Of a stretch of DNA of 32,111 nucleotides, positions 20,564-31,555 are shown one piece after another. The stretch comes from Macrostomum lignano. Lineage: Eukaryota. The position numbers were made by a program, and so were the translations under genes. Within the stretch, counting starts at the first letter, position 1. Every line of letters starts with the position of its first letter. Below the pieces are notes generated by a model, which saw only the letters and a list, made by a program, of their open reading frames with translations, was not told the DNA's origin and did not search any database. The stretch covers positions 1-32,111 of the forward strand of contig NIVC01001005.1 of NCBI GenBank assembly GCA_002269645.1. The letters are read 5' to 3'.

Positions 20564-20602
<39 letters not shown>

Positions 20603-20615
20603 ATCTGTCTGTCTG
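20112..20615. repeat. Interrupted (TCTG)n microsatellite just after the SPP stop codon
   Basis: Period 4 with TCCG/TGTG/GCCTG interruptions; source of the CLSV/RQTD ORFs. Confidence 0.98.
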
Positions 20616-21358
20616 TTTTAGTGTTTGTCCTTGTCTGTCCGTTAACTCTTATATTATGCAATCCGATAGTCTACCTGTACCTGTCTACGAATACTCCCAG
20701 ATCCCAGGTCCCATCAGCCCGGTCCTGCAATCCATGATTTAATCTCGCTTTTTAAAGCAATTAGTTGTTGACAAATCGTTATGTGTGTTTATTTTATTCG
20801 ATTTATTCCTGGCCCCGTCTCTGCTGCTGTGCCTCCCGCATCAGCGGAATTCAACTGATGGAAGCAGATTGTTATTGTTGGTTTTTCCCGTGTTGCAGTC
20901 TAATCAATGTTTTTCTCTCCAATGCTTGTCGGCGTTCAAAGCTTAACTCTCAAATTCGTGTGGTATTTTCAGTTAATTGTCAGCTTCACGAGTCGTCCTT
21001 TGTCTTCGCGTCCTCCTAGCAACTATAAGCGGTTTAAAAATCAAAGAATTTTTCTTAGTATTTCTGCTTCTTTTGCTTTGAGAATGGCAAATAGGATTTT
21101 AATATTTTCTGCTTACTACTGCAATTTCAAGCGATAGTAGTATGATAAGCGCATAGTCTTAAATATTCGTTGTTACAATAATTTAATATTCGTCTGAACG
21201 AAACGTTTTGCCGCTTCATTCGAGTCAGTTTGTCTTTGTTGTGCTCGCATTGTGTCCTTCCTGTCTCCTTCCTGCTCCTTTGGTCTCTCCTGGTCTGAGC
21301 CACAGATACTAGAATGACTAGATAAGCCACTCAGGCATATACTCAACAAAACAGCTTT

Positions 21359-21685
21359 CTACTTTCAGTTCAGTAGCAATGAAGAATGCGTAAGCTATTT
21401 TATAAGAATAAAGGCAGCTGAGATGACTTTGATAAGTTTTTAAGCCAAGTTTGCAGATGTAAACTTGCTAATTGGTTCAGCCATAATGTACATTAGCCAC
21501 TGCAATGTACAAGGCAGTTTTAGGCTGAAACAACCGAGGACGGCAATAAAAATTGGGCGGCGGGCGGGGTAGAGGTTTGCGTGGAGTTTGGGGGTTTAAG
21601 CTTAAGATGTGAGAACCAATAAATGAGCCGTCTTTAAAAATAAATTAAAATGCTTCAGTTTAACTTACTACTGAACTGAAAGTAG
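21359..21685. mobile_element. 327-bp element bounded by perfect 18-bp inverted repeats (candidate MITE or HINE-like element)
   Basis: CTACTTTCAGTTCAGTAG (21359-21376) is the exact reverse complement of CTACTGAACTGAAAGTAG (21668-21685). No clean TSD seen and no ORF. Confidence 0.55.
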
Positions 21686-22111
21686 CTTGCACGCAAATGT
21701 GCCGATTGGCTCATATATTTATTCTTGTATCTGTGTTCTGAGCTGGTTTCAGCTGCAAGGCATTGCCAATTAGGTATACAAAATGCTAGGCATTTATATT
21801 TAAATCTATTGGAAATTCAGAAATATATAGGTCATGATGCTACTCTTGAAGAGCGGGGAGCAATCATTATTCCCTTCTCTGTTTCTGATCTCTCGGCCTC
21901 CCTTTATTCTCTTAAATGTTGCTTCTTGTTGCTTTCTGTGTTGCTGTGTTGTTAAAGCAGCTTGTTAATTGGGTGTGAAACAAAAAAAAAATCGCAAGCT
22001 TTAAAATGTCACTTGACAACCGTTGGTTGGTTTGGAATTGCAGATGCAGATTCGAAATTTCCAACTCTTAATGGTTATTTATTTGGTCACAGTCGTGTCT
22101 GACTTCTGTCC

Positions 22112-22312
22112 TTACTGCTCTCTCATTGGCTGAGCTGACCTGCATTGGGCCTGCCCCCAGGAGGGTGTGTCCGTCTAAACTTTGACCTCTCCCCTTACTG
22201 CTCTCCCATTGGCTGAGATAGATTGGGCCTGCCCCCAAGCTGAGTTTCGTCTTATCTAAAGTTTGATCTCTCTCCCCAACTGCTCTCCCATTGGCTGAGC
22301 TCGATTGGGCCT
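22112..22312. repeat. Three degenerate ~83-bp units, each carrying CCAAT-box motifs
   Basis: CTGCTCTC(C)CATTGGCTGAG...ATTGGGCCTG repeated; ATTGG at 22125, 22208, 22290 (spacing 83, 82). Confidence 0.8.
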
Positions 22313-23754
22313 GTAGACTGACTTTCGTCCGTCTTGCGTTCACTTGTATACACCGAGTTAGTTAAATGCCTGTTGTTCATTCTTAACCCCATATGCACCT
22401 GAGGCCGCAAACCCTGAGGAAGGAAAGGAAATTTTTGCATCCCGTATTTAATTTAAGTAACACTGCGCAGACAAACTACTGAAAAAAGAGTAGACACTCT
22501 GCTTTTTACAACTTAATTGCAACTGGCATATTTAGTTATTCTAGAATCTGCGGTTCTATCTGTTCAATTTGTCTTAACAGATCGATTCAGCTGTCCATAC
22601 TATAGGAAAAATTTTGCTTCTCATTCAACGAAGTTCTTGCAGTAATTTATGTCTAAAGAAGAACTTTAAAAAGTTCATTTTAATGCATGATTGCCCTTTT
22701 CACTGTTTTATCCTAATTGCTTGTCCGCGCGCTGCTGCAGATGTGCCGTCACAGATAAAGGTCTTAAAAAGAACGCAGATTAACATATCTTATCTGCAGA
22801 TCTGCTCCTGCAGATCTTATCTGCAGATCTGCTCCAGCAGATTAACATACACTCCAACAGCGCGACTGCAAAGCAGTTGCAAATTTCGTGTTTTAGCTAC
22901 TAATTAGCTGCCGAGGCAAAGTTTTCATATACTCACGCTTTTTAGAATGCAGCTCAGATAAGCCGATTCGATTATTCAGAAATTTGAGCACCTCGAAGGC
23001 CTGTCTTGGGCCTGTAGAACTTTAATGCTATAATCTCTAGAGAGCTGTTGTTGAGCATCTGTGAGTTGAGGCGGGCTAGCCATGTACAGTAGTACATGCC
23101 TACGTCACGTCAGATTTCAGAAGCGTGCGTTATGGTGCTGTGCCGATTTAACAAATGCCCACCTTAAATCTGATATTAGCATCTTCCCTTAAATCATCTA
23201 TTTCTCCCTGCATCTTTTGTTCCCCCATCATCTGTCTCCCTGCACCATCTCTGTATCCCTGCATCACGTCCGTCTCCCTGCATCATCTCTGTCACCCTGC
23301 ATCATGTCTCTATCTGAGTCATGATCTCTCTCAGCTATCATTTTCTCCCTGCATCATTAGGACAAAAATCGCCCCTACCAGCAGATGTGCAGCCACAGAA
23401 ACTGCCTTGATGAAGTCTAGCAGCCCAGCCTCTTTGTCCGGTAGAATCTGATTGGCTGGCGCCATCGCGTGGATACATAAAAAGGAGAGTTACTCAAGCA
23501 ATGGGCTGGCAATGGAAATTGTCTCCAATATTTCAACCTGTGTGAGATCCGTTTGCATTATTTCTGTTTCTAAGGCTGACTTCTCGCTTTCTGAGCCAGC
23601 GCTAATTAACAGTACAAAGAGACCTTCGCGGTAAGTTTGTGATATTTTTTAATTTTGTAGCGCCTCCCACTCCTTGCTCAGTTTGGGACTTCATATTTTC
23701 AATTAGATTTGTTTATACCATTGAGGCCATACTATGCACGTAACCACCAGCCTT

Positions 23755-24295
23755 TTATCGTCACTCCGAGTCCACATTATTGTCACCCCAAGGCTATCAT
23801 TGTCACTCCAAGCCAAGCCCCACATTGTCACTCTAAGCCTCACATTGCCACTCCAAGCCTCACATTATCACTCCAAGTCTTACAATGTCACTCCAAGTCT
23901 CACATTGTCACTCCAGGCCTCACATTGTCACTCCAAGTCTCACATTGTCACTCGAAGCTTCAAATTGTCTCTCCAAGCCTCACTTTGTCATAGCCCCATA
24001 TTGTCGCTCCAAGCCCCACATTGTCACTCTAAGTCCCACATGGTCACTCCAAGCCTCACAAGTTGTCACTCCAAGCCTCGCATCGTCACTGCAAGCCTCA
24101 AATTGTCACTCCAAGCCTCACAAGTTGTCACTTCAAGCCTCGCACTGTCACTCCAAGCCTCACATTGTCACTCCAAGCCTCACATTGTCACTCCAAGCAT
24201 CACATCGTCACTCCAAGTCTCAAATTGTCACTCCAAGCCTGACACTTTCACTCCAAGTCCCACATTGTCGCTCCAAGCCTCGCGTTGTCACTCTG
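23755..24295. repeat. Degenerate 20-bp minisatellite (CACATTGTCACTCCAAGCCT)n, ~27 copies, ending ~70 bp upstream of the GPCR ATG
   Basis: Period ~20 with many substitutions. Confidence 0.93.
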
Positions 24296-24364
24296 AGGCT
24301 TACGTCGTCAATCAGTTGGGACTCTAAATCGTTCTAAATAGATCTAAACAACAGGGAACCTGGC

Positions 24365-24771
24365 ATGGAAGCCGCCGAAAACGACACCGGCAGCGTAGAC
24401 GCCGGTGTCGACTTGAACCTGCTAAACTCCCCAGCCTGGCGGGCCGCCGGCCTCGCCTTCCTGCTCGCCGCCTGCTGGCTGGGCCTGGCCGGCAACGCGC
24501 TGGTTCTGGTGCTGATGGCCGCCAACAAGGAGCTGCAGAACGGCATCAACGCCTGCGTGGCCAACATCGCCGCTTGCGACCTGCTGGTCTGCTGCCTCCT
24601 CCTGCCGTTGGCCATCGCGCAGCGGGCGGCCGGCGCTCGTCTAGTCGACGAAACCGTCTGCATGGTGAGCGGCTGCGCTCTCTTCGTGTGCACCGGCGTC
24701 GCCAATTCCAGCTTTGCTCTGATCGGCTTCAACAGATTCGTGTTCCTGCTGTATCCCGCCGCCTACCGCAG
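24365..24771 (+). CDS. Class A GPCR, melatonin-receptor/GPR84-like, exon 1 (TM1-TM3)
   Basis: N-terminal NDT sequon; TM1 GLAGNALV, TM2 NIAACDLL, TM3 VC...IGFNRFV (NRY-type motif), YPAAYR; AG|GTTCGC donor, phase 2. Confidence 0.85.
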
Positions 24772-24810
24772 GTTCGCACCGCGCGCTCGGGGAACCGGGG
24801 CTTTGCGGAG

Positions 24811-24995
24811 CGGGGAGTGAGGTGGCGGTTTTCAAGGACGGGGAGTGAGGTGGCGGTTATCAGAGACGGGGAGTGAGGTGGGGTTATCAGAGACGGGGAG
24901 TGAGGTGGCGGTTATCAGAGACGGGGAGTGAGGTGGGGTTATCAGAGGCGGGGAGTGAGGTGGGGTTATCAGAGGCGGGGAGTGAGGTGGGGTTT
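24811..24995. repeat. 27/28-bp minisatellite (GGGGAGTGAGGTGG[C]GGTTATCAGAGAC)n, ~6.5 copies, in the GPCR intron
   Basis: Direct reading; lies between donor 24772 and acceptor 25130. Confidence 0.93.
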
Positions 24996-25130
24996 ATTAG
25001 AGCCAAGGAATGGGGTGGGGCTATCAGGGGCGAATATAAGAAGCAGCTAGGGAATAAGGTGGGTGGGGTTTGTGTACACGCAAGCCGCCAAGCACGAAAA
25101 GCCACCCAATCATTCTCTCCACCCTCCCAG

Positions 25131-25731
25131 ATGCCTGGTGGGCCCACGCCAGGTGGCTGTCCGCCTGGTCGCAAACTGGGCGGTGTGGCTGGTCCTGAGC
25201 GGTGTGGTGTTCGACAGGCGAGCTTTCCACTACGTGCCGGACAGCTTCCTGTGCTTCTTTAGCGACGCGGATGCGGACCTGGCCACCACGGTGCTGGTGC
25301 TCATGGCCATGGTGACGGTGCCCTCTGCGGTGGCCGGCTTCTGCTACTGCCGCATCCTGCTCCACGTGCTGGCCTCCCGGCGTCGAGTCCGGGACCTTCA
25401 GAACTGCGGCAGCCAGTCGGGCGAACAGACCCGCCTAGTTCGCTCTCTGGCGGTGGTGATGCTGAACTACCTCATCTTCAACGCGCTGTGGCTGCCGTAC
25501 TCCTGCTACGCCATGTTCGGCCGCCTGTTGCGGCTGGCCTCAGACGCCGAGCACAATGCCCTGGTGTGGGCGGCGCTGTTCGCCTGCTCAGTGAAGCCGC
25601 TGCTGCAGGTCAGCATCAGCCCGGAGTTCCGGCGCGGCCTGCGGCGGCTCCGCCTGAGAAAGTGCAGCCGGCGGTCGCAGGCGGCGACATCGACAGCCCC
25701 CGTCGTCGAGATGGTCGCCAGCCGGAACTGA
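25131..25731 (+). CDS. Class A GPCR exon 2 (TM4-TM7, C-tail). Joined CDS 1008 bp, 335 aa
   Basis: CCCTCCCAG acceptor; TM4 Trp (ANWAVW), ECL2 YVPDSFLCFF (compare melatonin receptor YDPRIYSCTF), TM5 VPSAVAGFCYCRI, TM6 LWLPY, TM7 SVKPLLQ, helix 8 EFRRGL. Confidence 0.9.
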
Positions 25732-25789
25732 CTGCCCGCTGCCTGATGAGGGAGACGGGTGGGGGAAGGCTTAAGACTTAAGGCTTAAG

Positions 25790-25936
25790 GGTGAGAATGC
25801 AGGTGGGTGAGCATGCAGGTGGGTGAGCATGCAGGTGGGTGAGAATGCAGGTGCAGGTGGGTGAGCATGCAGGTGGGTGAGAATGCAGGTGGGTGAGCAT
25901 GCAGGTGGGTGAGCATGCAGGTGGGTGAGCATGCAA
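25790..25936. repeat. 16-bp minisatellite (GGTGAGCATGCAGGTG)n, copy 1, ~9 units
   Basis: Starts ~60 bp after the GPCR stop; contains one 6-bp GTGCAG insertion. Confidence 0.95.
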
Positions 25937-26345
25937 GTGGGCAATCAGTGGCGGAGGCGGAGGACATAATGGTCTCAAACACATCGCGTGACATATAACG
26001 GTTATCAAGCAACAAACCTGTCCATAACTGGCGATTTCACAAAATTCAAGAAGAGAGGCGATTTTGATCGAGCAGGGCTGATGGAAAGCATAAAAAGAAC
26101 ACTTTGTAAAAACTTGCATAATGCTTACTGTCATTTTTATACTGGGGTCCGGCATTGGTTCTCTTGTAAAACTGAATACACTGTACTAATTAATTTGGAG
26201 CTGCCCTGACAGCCGTTTATTTGATTTATTGAGGCGGAATTCAGCATCCGCAGAGTACCGCCAGGAATCTGCTGAGAGGCAGGAGCGATGGCTCAGCTCG
26301 AAAACTCAAAATTTAAGATTTTAAATCCCCCCCCAATTTAAATTC

Positions 26346-26533
26346 CCCCCTCAGCAGCACCCAACCCCCTCAGCAGCACCCAACCCCCTCAGCAGCACCC
26401 AACCCCCCTCAGCAGCACCCAACCCCCCTCAGCAGCACCCAACCCCCTCAGCAGCACCCAACCCCCCTCAGCAGCACCCAACCCCTTCAGCAGCACCCAA
26501 CCCCCTCAGCAGCACCCAACCCCCTCAGCAGCA
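26346..26533. repeat. 19/20-bp minisatellite (CAGCAGCACCCAACCCCC[C]T)n, copy 1, ~9 units, truncated at the duplication junction
   Basis: Runs directly into the duplicated GPCR sequence (CAGCAGCAC|TCTGCGGTG). Confidence 0.95.
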
Positions 26534-26942
26534 CTCTGCGGTGGCCGGCTTCTGCTACTGCCGCATCCTGCTCCACGTGCTGGCCTCCCGGCGTCGAGTC
26601 CGGGACCTTCAGAACTGCGGCAGCCAGTCGGGCGAACAGACCCGCCTAGTTCGCTCTCTGGCGGTGGTGATGCTGAACTACCTCATCTTCAACGCGCTGT
26701 GGCTGCCGTACTCCTGCTACGCCATGTTCGGCCGCCTGTTGCGGCTGGCCTCAGACGCCGAGCACAATGCCCTGGTGTGGGCGGCGCTGTTCGCCTGCTC
26801 AGTGAAGCCGCTGCTGCAGGTCAGCATCAGCCCGGAGTTCCGGCGCGGCCTGCGGCGGCTCCGCCTGAGAAAGTGCAGCCGGCGGTCGCAGGCGGCGACA
26901 TCGACAGCCCCCGTCGTCGAGATGGTCGCCAGCCGGAACTGA
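26534..26942 (+). pseudogene. 5'-truncated tandem duplicate of GPCR exon 2 (mid-TM5 to stop)
   Basis: Matches 25323-25731 at offset 1211 with identical translation; lacks TM1-TM4 and an ATG. Confidence 0.85.
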
Positions 26943-26999
26943 CTGCCCGCTGCCTGATGAGGGAGACGGGTGGGGGAAGGCTTAAGACTTAAGGCTTAA

Positions 27000-27685
27000 G
27001 GGTGAGAATGCAGGTGGGTGAGCATGCAGGTGGGTGAGCATGCAGGTGGGTGAGCATGCAGGTGGGTGAGCATGCAGGTGGGTGAGCATGCAGGTGGGTG
27101 AGCATGCAGGTGGGTGAGCATGCAGGTGGGTGAGCATGCAGGTGGGTGAGCATGCAGGTGGGTGAGCATGCAGGTGGGTGAGCATGCAGGTGGGTGAGCA
27201 TGCAGGTGGGTGAGAATGCAGGTGGGTGAGCATGCAGTTGGGTGAGCATGCAGGTGGGTGAGCATGCAGGTGGGTGAGCATGCAGGTGGGTGAGAATGCA
27301 GGTGGGTGAGCATGCAGTTGGGTGAGCATGCAGGTGGGTGAGCATGCAGGTGGGTGAGCATGCAGGTGGGTGAGCATGCAGGTGGGTGAGCATGCAGGTG
27401 GGTGAGCATGCAGGTGGGTGAGCATGCAGGTGGGTGAGCATGCAGGTGGGTGAGCATGCAGGTGGGTGAGCATGCAGGTGGGTGAGCATGCAGGTGGGTG
27501 AGCATGCAGGTGGGTGAGCATGCAGGTGGGTGAGAATGCAGGTGGGTGAGCATGCAGGTGGGTGAGAATGCAGGTGGGTGAGCATGCAGGTGGGTGAGCA
27601 TGCAGGTGGGTGAGAATGCAGGTGGGTGAGAATGCAGGTGGGTGAGCATGCAGGTGGGTGAGCATGCAGGTGGGTGAGCATGCAA
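27000..27685. repeat. 16-bp minisatellite, copy 2, ~43 units
   Basis: 538 bp longer than copy 1 = 34 extra units minus the 6-bp insertion. Confidence 0.96.
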
Positions 27686-28094
27686 GTGGGCAATCAGTGG
27701 CGGAGGCGGAGGACATAATGGTCTCAAACACATCGCGTGACATATAACGGTTATCAAGCAACAAACCTGTCCATAACTGGCGATTTCACAAAATTCAAGA
27801 AGAGAGGCGATTTTGATCGAGCAGGGCTGATGGAAAGCATAAAAAGAACACTTTGTAAAAACTTGCATAATGCTTACTGTCATTTTTATACTGGGGTCCG
27901 GCATTGGTTCTCTTGTAAAACTGAATACACTGTACTAATTAATTTGGAGCTGCCCTGACAGCCGTTTATTTGATTTATTGAGGCGGAATTCAGCATCCGC
28001 AGAGTACCGCCAGGAATCTGCTGAGAGGCAGGAGCGATGGCTCAGCTCGAAAACTCAAAATTTAAGATTTTAAATCCCCCCCCAATTTAAATTC

Positions 28095-28578
28095 CCCCCT
28101 CAGCAGCACCCAACCCCCTCAGCAGCACCCAACCCCCTCAGCAGCACCCAACCCCCCTCAGCAGCACCCAACCCCCCTCAGCAGCACCCAACCCCCTCAG
28201 CAGCACCCAACCCCCTCAGCAGCACCCAACCCCTTCAGCAGCACCCAACCCCCTCAGCAGCACCCAACCCCCTCAGCAGCACCCAACCCCCCTCAGCAGC
28301 ACCCAACCCCCCTCAGCAGCACCCAACCCCCTCAGCAGCACCCAACCCCTCAGCAGCACCCAACCCCCTCAGCAGCACCCAACCCCCTCAGCAGCACCCA
28401 ACCCCTTCAGCAGCACCCAACCCCTCAGCAGCACCCAACCCCCTCAGCAGCACCCAACCCCCCTCAGCAGCACCCAACCCCCTCAGCAGCATCCAATTCC
28501 ACTCATCAGCACCCAACCCCCCTCAGCAGCACCCAACCCCCCTCAGCGGCATCCAATTCCACTCATCAGCACCCAACC
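28095..28578. repeat. 19/20-bp minisatellite, copy 2, ~24 units with a degenerate 3' end
   Basis: Same first units as copy 1, including the CCCCTT variant at offset 1749. Confidence 0.95.
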
Positions 28579-29059
28579 GAAATCAACCATATTCAGAATC
28601 GAACCTTATCCTCTGCAATTATCCCACTTACTCGCGTATCTAGCAAAATTGCAGTTGAGAAATATCCGAACTTCACAAAAATATTCACCAACGTGTGTCG
28701 CGTCGCTCATGGTAATTACTTTAATCAAATACCCGCACGTGCCTAATTAGCAGCTATGTTGCGGCGCGCGTGATTCGGCTAAAATCGAGGCCATGGTTTA
28801 TCTGAACTGGACAGAAAATCGCTGATCCAGTCAGGGAATCCGTTAATTCCGGGTGGGCCTCGCGATGTCGCAGCTGCCGTCGCTAAGCCGCTTTTAGCTG
28901 GGCGGATAAGGGTTTATCTCCCGCGCTCTTATAACAGCGGGACATGGGCGGGGCCTTGGAGCACCGACTGCAGCTGCGGCTCAGACTTGCTTTTGTGCAA
29001 GTGATGCACCCGTGACATTTTCCTGGCAGTGACTAAAAGCAGCCATTGGATTGCTCGAA

Positions 29060-29985
29060 GTGTTGCTGCCTTTATTCATTAAAAACTCAACTCCGGATGC
29101 AGATGCGTCAGTAGTTGGCTGGTCGAGAATTTACTGGCCCTGCGAGAAGGTAGAAACGAGGGGCACTCGAAGTTGGCGTCCGAAGACGAATTACCGCGGC
29201 ATAGCGATGAGTTCCTATGATGGAACAGAGGCTGTAGAAAGGAGGTGAAATCTGCGCGAGTGATGCGTTTCGTCCAGGCACGGAGGGCGCGCTTTACGGT
29301 CTGGACAGCCCTTTCAGCGGCGTCGTTTGCTTGGAGATAGTAGGTGGGAGACTCGAGCTTTTTTACTCCATTTAATTAGTTTCAACCATGTGAGCAACCA
29401 TGCAGTGGCCGACGAACTCTGGTGCATTATCTGACACAAGCAGTTCGGGGACGCCGAAGCGCGTGAAGACAGTGCGCAAGGATCGGAATACGGAGGCAGT
29501 TGACCTAGAGCACTTGACGACGATCAGTGCGTTACCAGCGTCCTTGACGTACGCCCAGTCCATTTGTGAAGCTTTTGGAATGGATAGTCCGTGGCCGGCC
29601 AAGTGTCTCTGGATTTTGAAAGTCTTGGAATTGGGCGCAGCTGGTTGCAGCGCGCACACTGACGAACAAATTGTTCTACGTTGGAGCTCATGCCGGGCCA
29701 CCAATGGGACAGAGCCATGCTATTGAAAGTAGCCGGATGTGTGCTGTGGGCCGCACTGAAAACCTCCCTCCGAGGCAGGATAAAAACCCGGCGGCCTTTA
29801 AATAGTAATTGCCATTCTCTGGCGCAAGCATCTCTGAAACATGCCAGAACGGCTTCCCCGCCGGTGAACATTGGCTCCAATCACCTGAACGGACGCGACG
29901 AATATAATCTTTTGAATAAATAGGTCTGCGCCCAGCTCAGTTTCCAGAGGATCCGCGGAACGACGCCATGCAGTTGATCGCACTG
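29060..29985 (-). mobile_element. Decayed Ty3/gypsy LTR-retrotransposon pol fragment (integrase H2C2 plus rve core), multiple frameshifts and stops
   Basis: Minus-strand pieces: GRRVFILP..AAHSTH, HWWPGMSSNVEQFVRQCARC (zinc finger), MDWAY (D1), TRFGVPELLVSDNAPEF (D2), ESPTYYLQANDAAERAVQTVKRAL (E, codon at 29313-29315), VFGRQLR. No LTRs recognised. Confidence 0.88.
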
Positions 29986-30109
29986 CACACCTCCTTTAGA
30001 TCAACGGACGAGTCTGTGAAGCGCAACCGCAACAAAGCGTAGGCGTGAAGGATATTTTCCGGGGACGTAAGTAATAATTATTTAGTCGTGCCGGACATTG
30101 CCGACGACC

Positions 30110-30520
30110 TGGACTGGCCTGGGCCGCGTTTCGTTCTATGCGCTCCGTGCTCCATTCTGAGGCCCTGGATGACGGGCTCAAGGCTCGGCTGTTTCAGGCA
30201 GTCGTTGAGACTGTTTTGTACAACGCCGAGACCTGGACTCTGACGGACGCTTCGGAGTGCGCAGCGGTCCAGGCAGCGAGACCAACACCGCGCTCTACAC
30301 GAGGGCACGCCTGATGCGGCCTTCTGACCTGCTGCGCGGGCGGCGACTTCGACTGGCAGACCACGTCATCCAGTCGGAGGCTCGCTGCCTTGAGTCGCTG
30401 CACGAGCTGCTGCTGCTCAAGCTGCAGGGACCACGCAGGCGAGGCAAAGGGCGAACGGCGAGATACCCTGACTGGCTTTTGACCGATGCTGGCGCCCCGG
30501 ACCAAGCTGGGGTGCGACTT
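30110..30520 (+). mobile_element. 5'-truncated, frameshifted RTE-like non-LTR retrotransposon fragment (post-RT C-terminal region)
   Basis: GLAWAAFRSMRSVLHSEALDDGLKARLFQAVVETVLYNAETWTLT, then in another frame TNTALY...RGRRLRLADHV...GPRRRGKGRTARYPDWLLTD. These match the K.RLF.A.V..LLYG.ETWTL and RRLR.AGH...RGRP motifs of RTE elements. Confidence 0.8.
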
Positions 30521-30884
30521 TCTGAGGGCTTTGGCCCAGAGCCGCGCTCTCTGACTTCCCCCTTTCTAGCCACTGCGTGGCTGGCGGGTGAAGTAATTTA
30601 TTGTCGTTGTTGTTGCTGTATAGTCGTATTGCATCGTTGCCAACAACACCCATCGCGAGATACGAGCGGATGTATTAAGCGGGATTCCGCCAGATGGACC
30701 CAACAGGCGAACGAGTGACTGCTGGTTGGTGTTGATGGTGAAGCGTCGTCCTAATAAATAGGGTTTTAGTCGTGTGACCGCCCAGAAAATTGCTAATGCC
30801 TCGCGTTCTATAGTTGAATAATTTAACTCGGCCTTGGAGAGACTTCTTGAGATAAAGATGACCCGGTGACCTTCCTGTAGCCTA

Positions 30885-31555
30885 TCTAGTATAATGGATG
30901 CAGGAATAGAATGGATTGCTAATCTAGCCTATCATGGATGCAGGAATAGAATGGATTGCTAATCTAGCCTATCATGGGTGCAGGGATAGAATGGATTGCT
31001 AATCTAGCCTATCATGGCAGCAGGAATAGAATGGATTGCTAATCTAGCCTATCATGGGTGCAGGGATAGAATGGATTGCTAATCTAGCCTATCATGGGTG
31101 CAGGAATAGAATGGATTGCTAATCTAGCCAATCATGGGAGCAGGAATAGAATGGATTGCTAATCTAGCCTATCATGGATGCAGGAATAGAATGGATTGCT
31201 AATCTAGCCTATCATGGGTGCAGGAATAGAATGGATTGCTAATCTAGCCTATCATGGATGCAGGAATAGAATGAATTGCTAATCTAGCCTATCATGGATG
31301 CAGGAATAGAATGGATTGCTAATCTAGCCTATCATGGGTGCAGGAATAGAATGGATTGCTAATCTAGCCTATCATGGGTGCAGGAATAGAATGGATTGCT
31401 AATCTAGCCTATCATGGGTGCAGGAATAGAATGGATTGCTAATCTAGCCTATCATGGGTGCAGGAATAGAATGGATTGCTAATCTAGCCTATCATGGGTG
31501 CAGGAATAGAATGGATTGCTAATCTAGCCTATCATGGGTGCAGGAATAGAATGGG
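30885..31555. repeat. 40-bp minisatellite (ATCATGGGTGCAGGAATAGAATGGATTGCTAATCTAGCCT)n, ~16.5 copies
   Basis: Period 40, few variants. Confidence 0.97.

Larger units (their letters stand above)
26534..28578. repeat. Second copy of a local tandem segmental duplication (copy 1 = 25323-26533)
   Basis: Unique sequence appears identical by eye; offset 1211 before and 1749 after the 16-mer array. Confidence 0.93.

Noticed and set aside
22780-23360. Small degenerate repeats (CTGCAGATCT x3 at ~22790; TCTCCCTGCATC-like at ~23190-23360)
   Set aside because: Real but too short and decayed to define units or infer function.
25560-25620. TM7 lysine suggesting an opsin
   Set aside because: The Lys directly precedes Pro7.50 (position 7.49); the retinal-binding position 7.43 is Leu.
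17593-28578. ORFs from the 17-mer, TCTG, 20-mer and 16-mer arrays (PQPCHS, CLSV/RQTD, SLQASH, HPPACSPT)
   Set aside because: Repeat translations; two lie inside introns of a well-supported gene.
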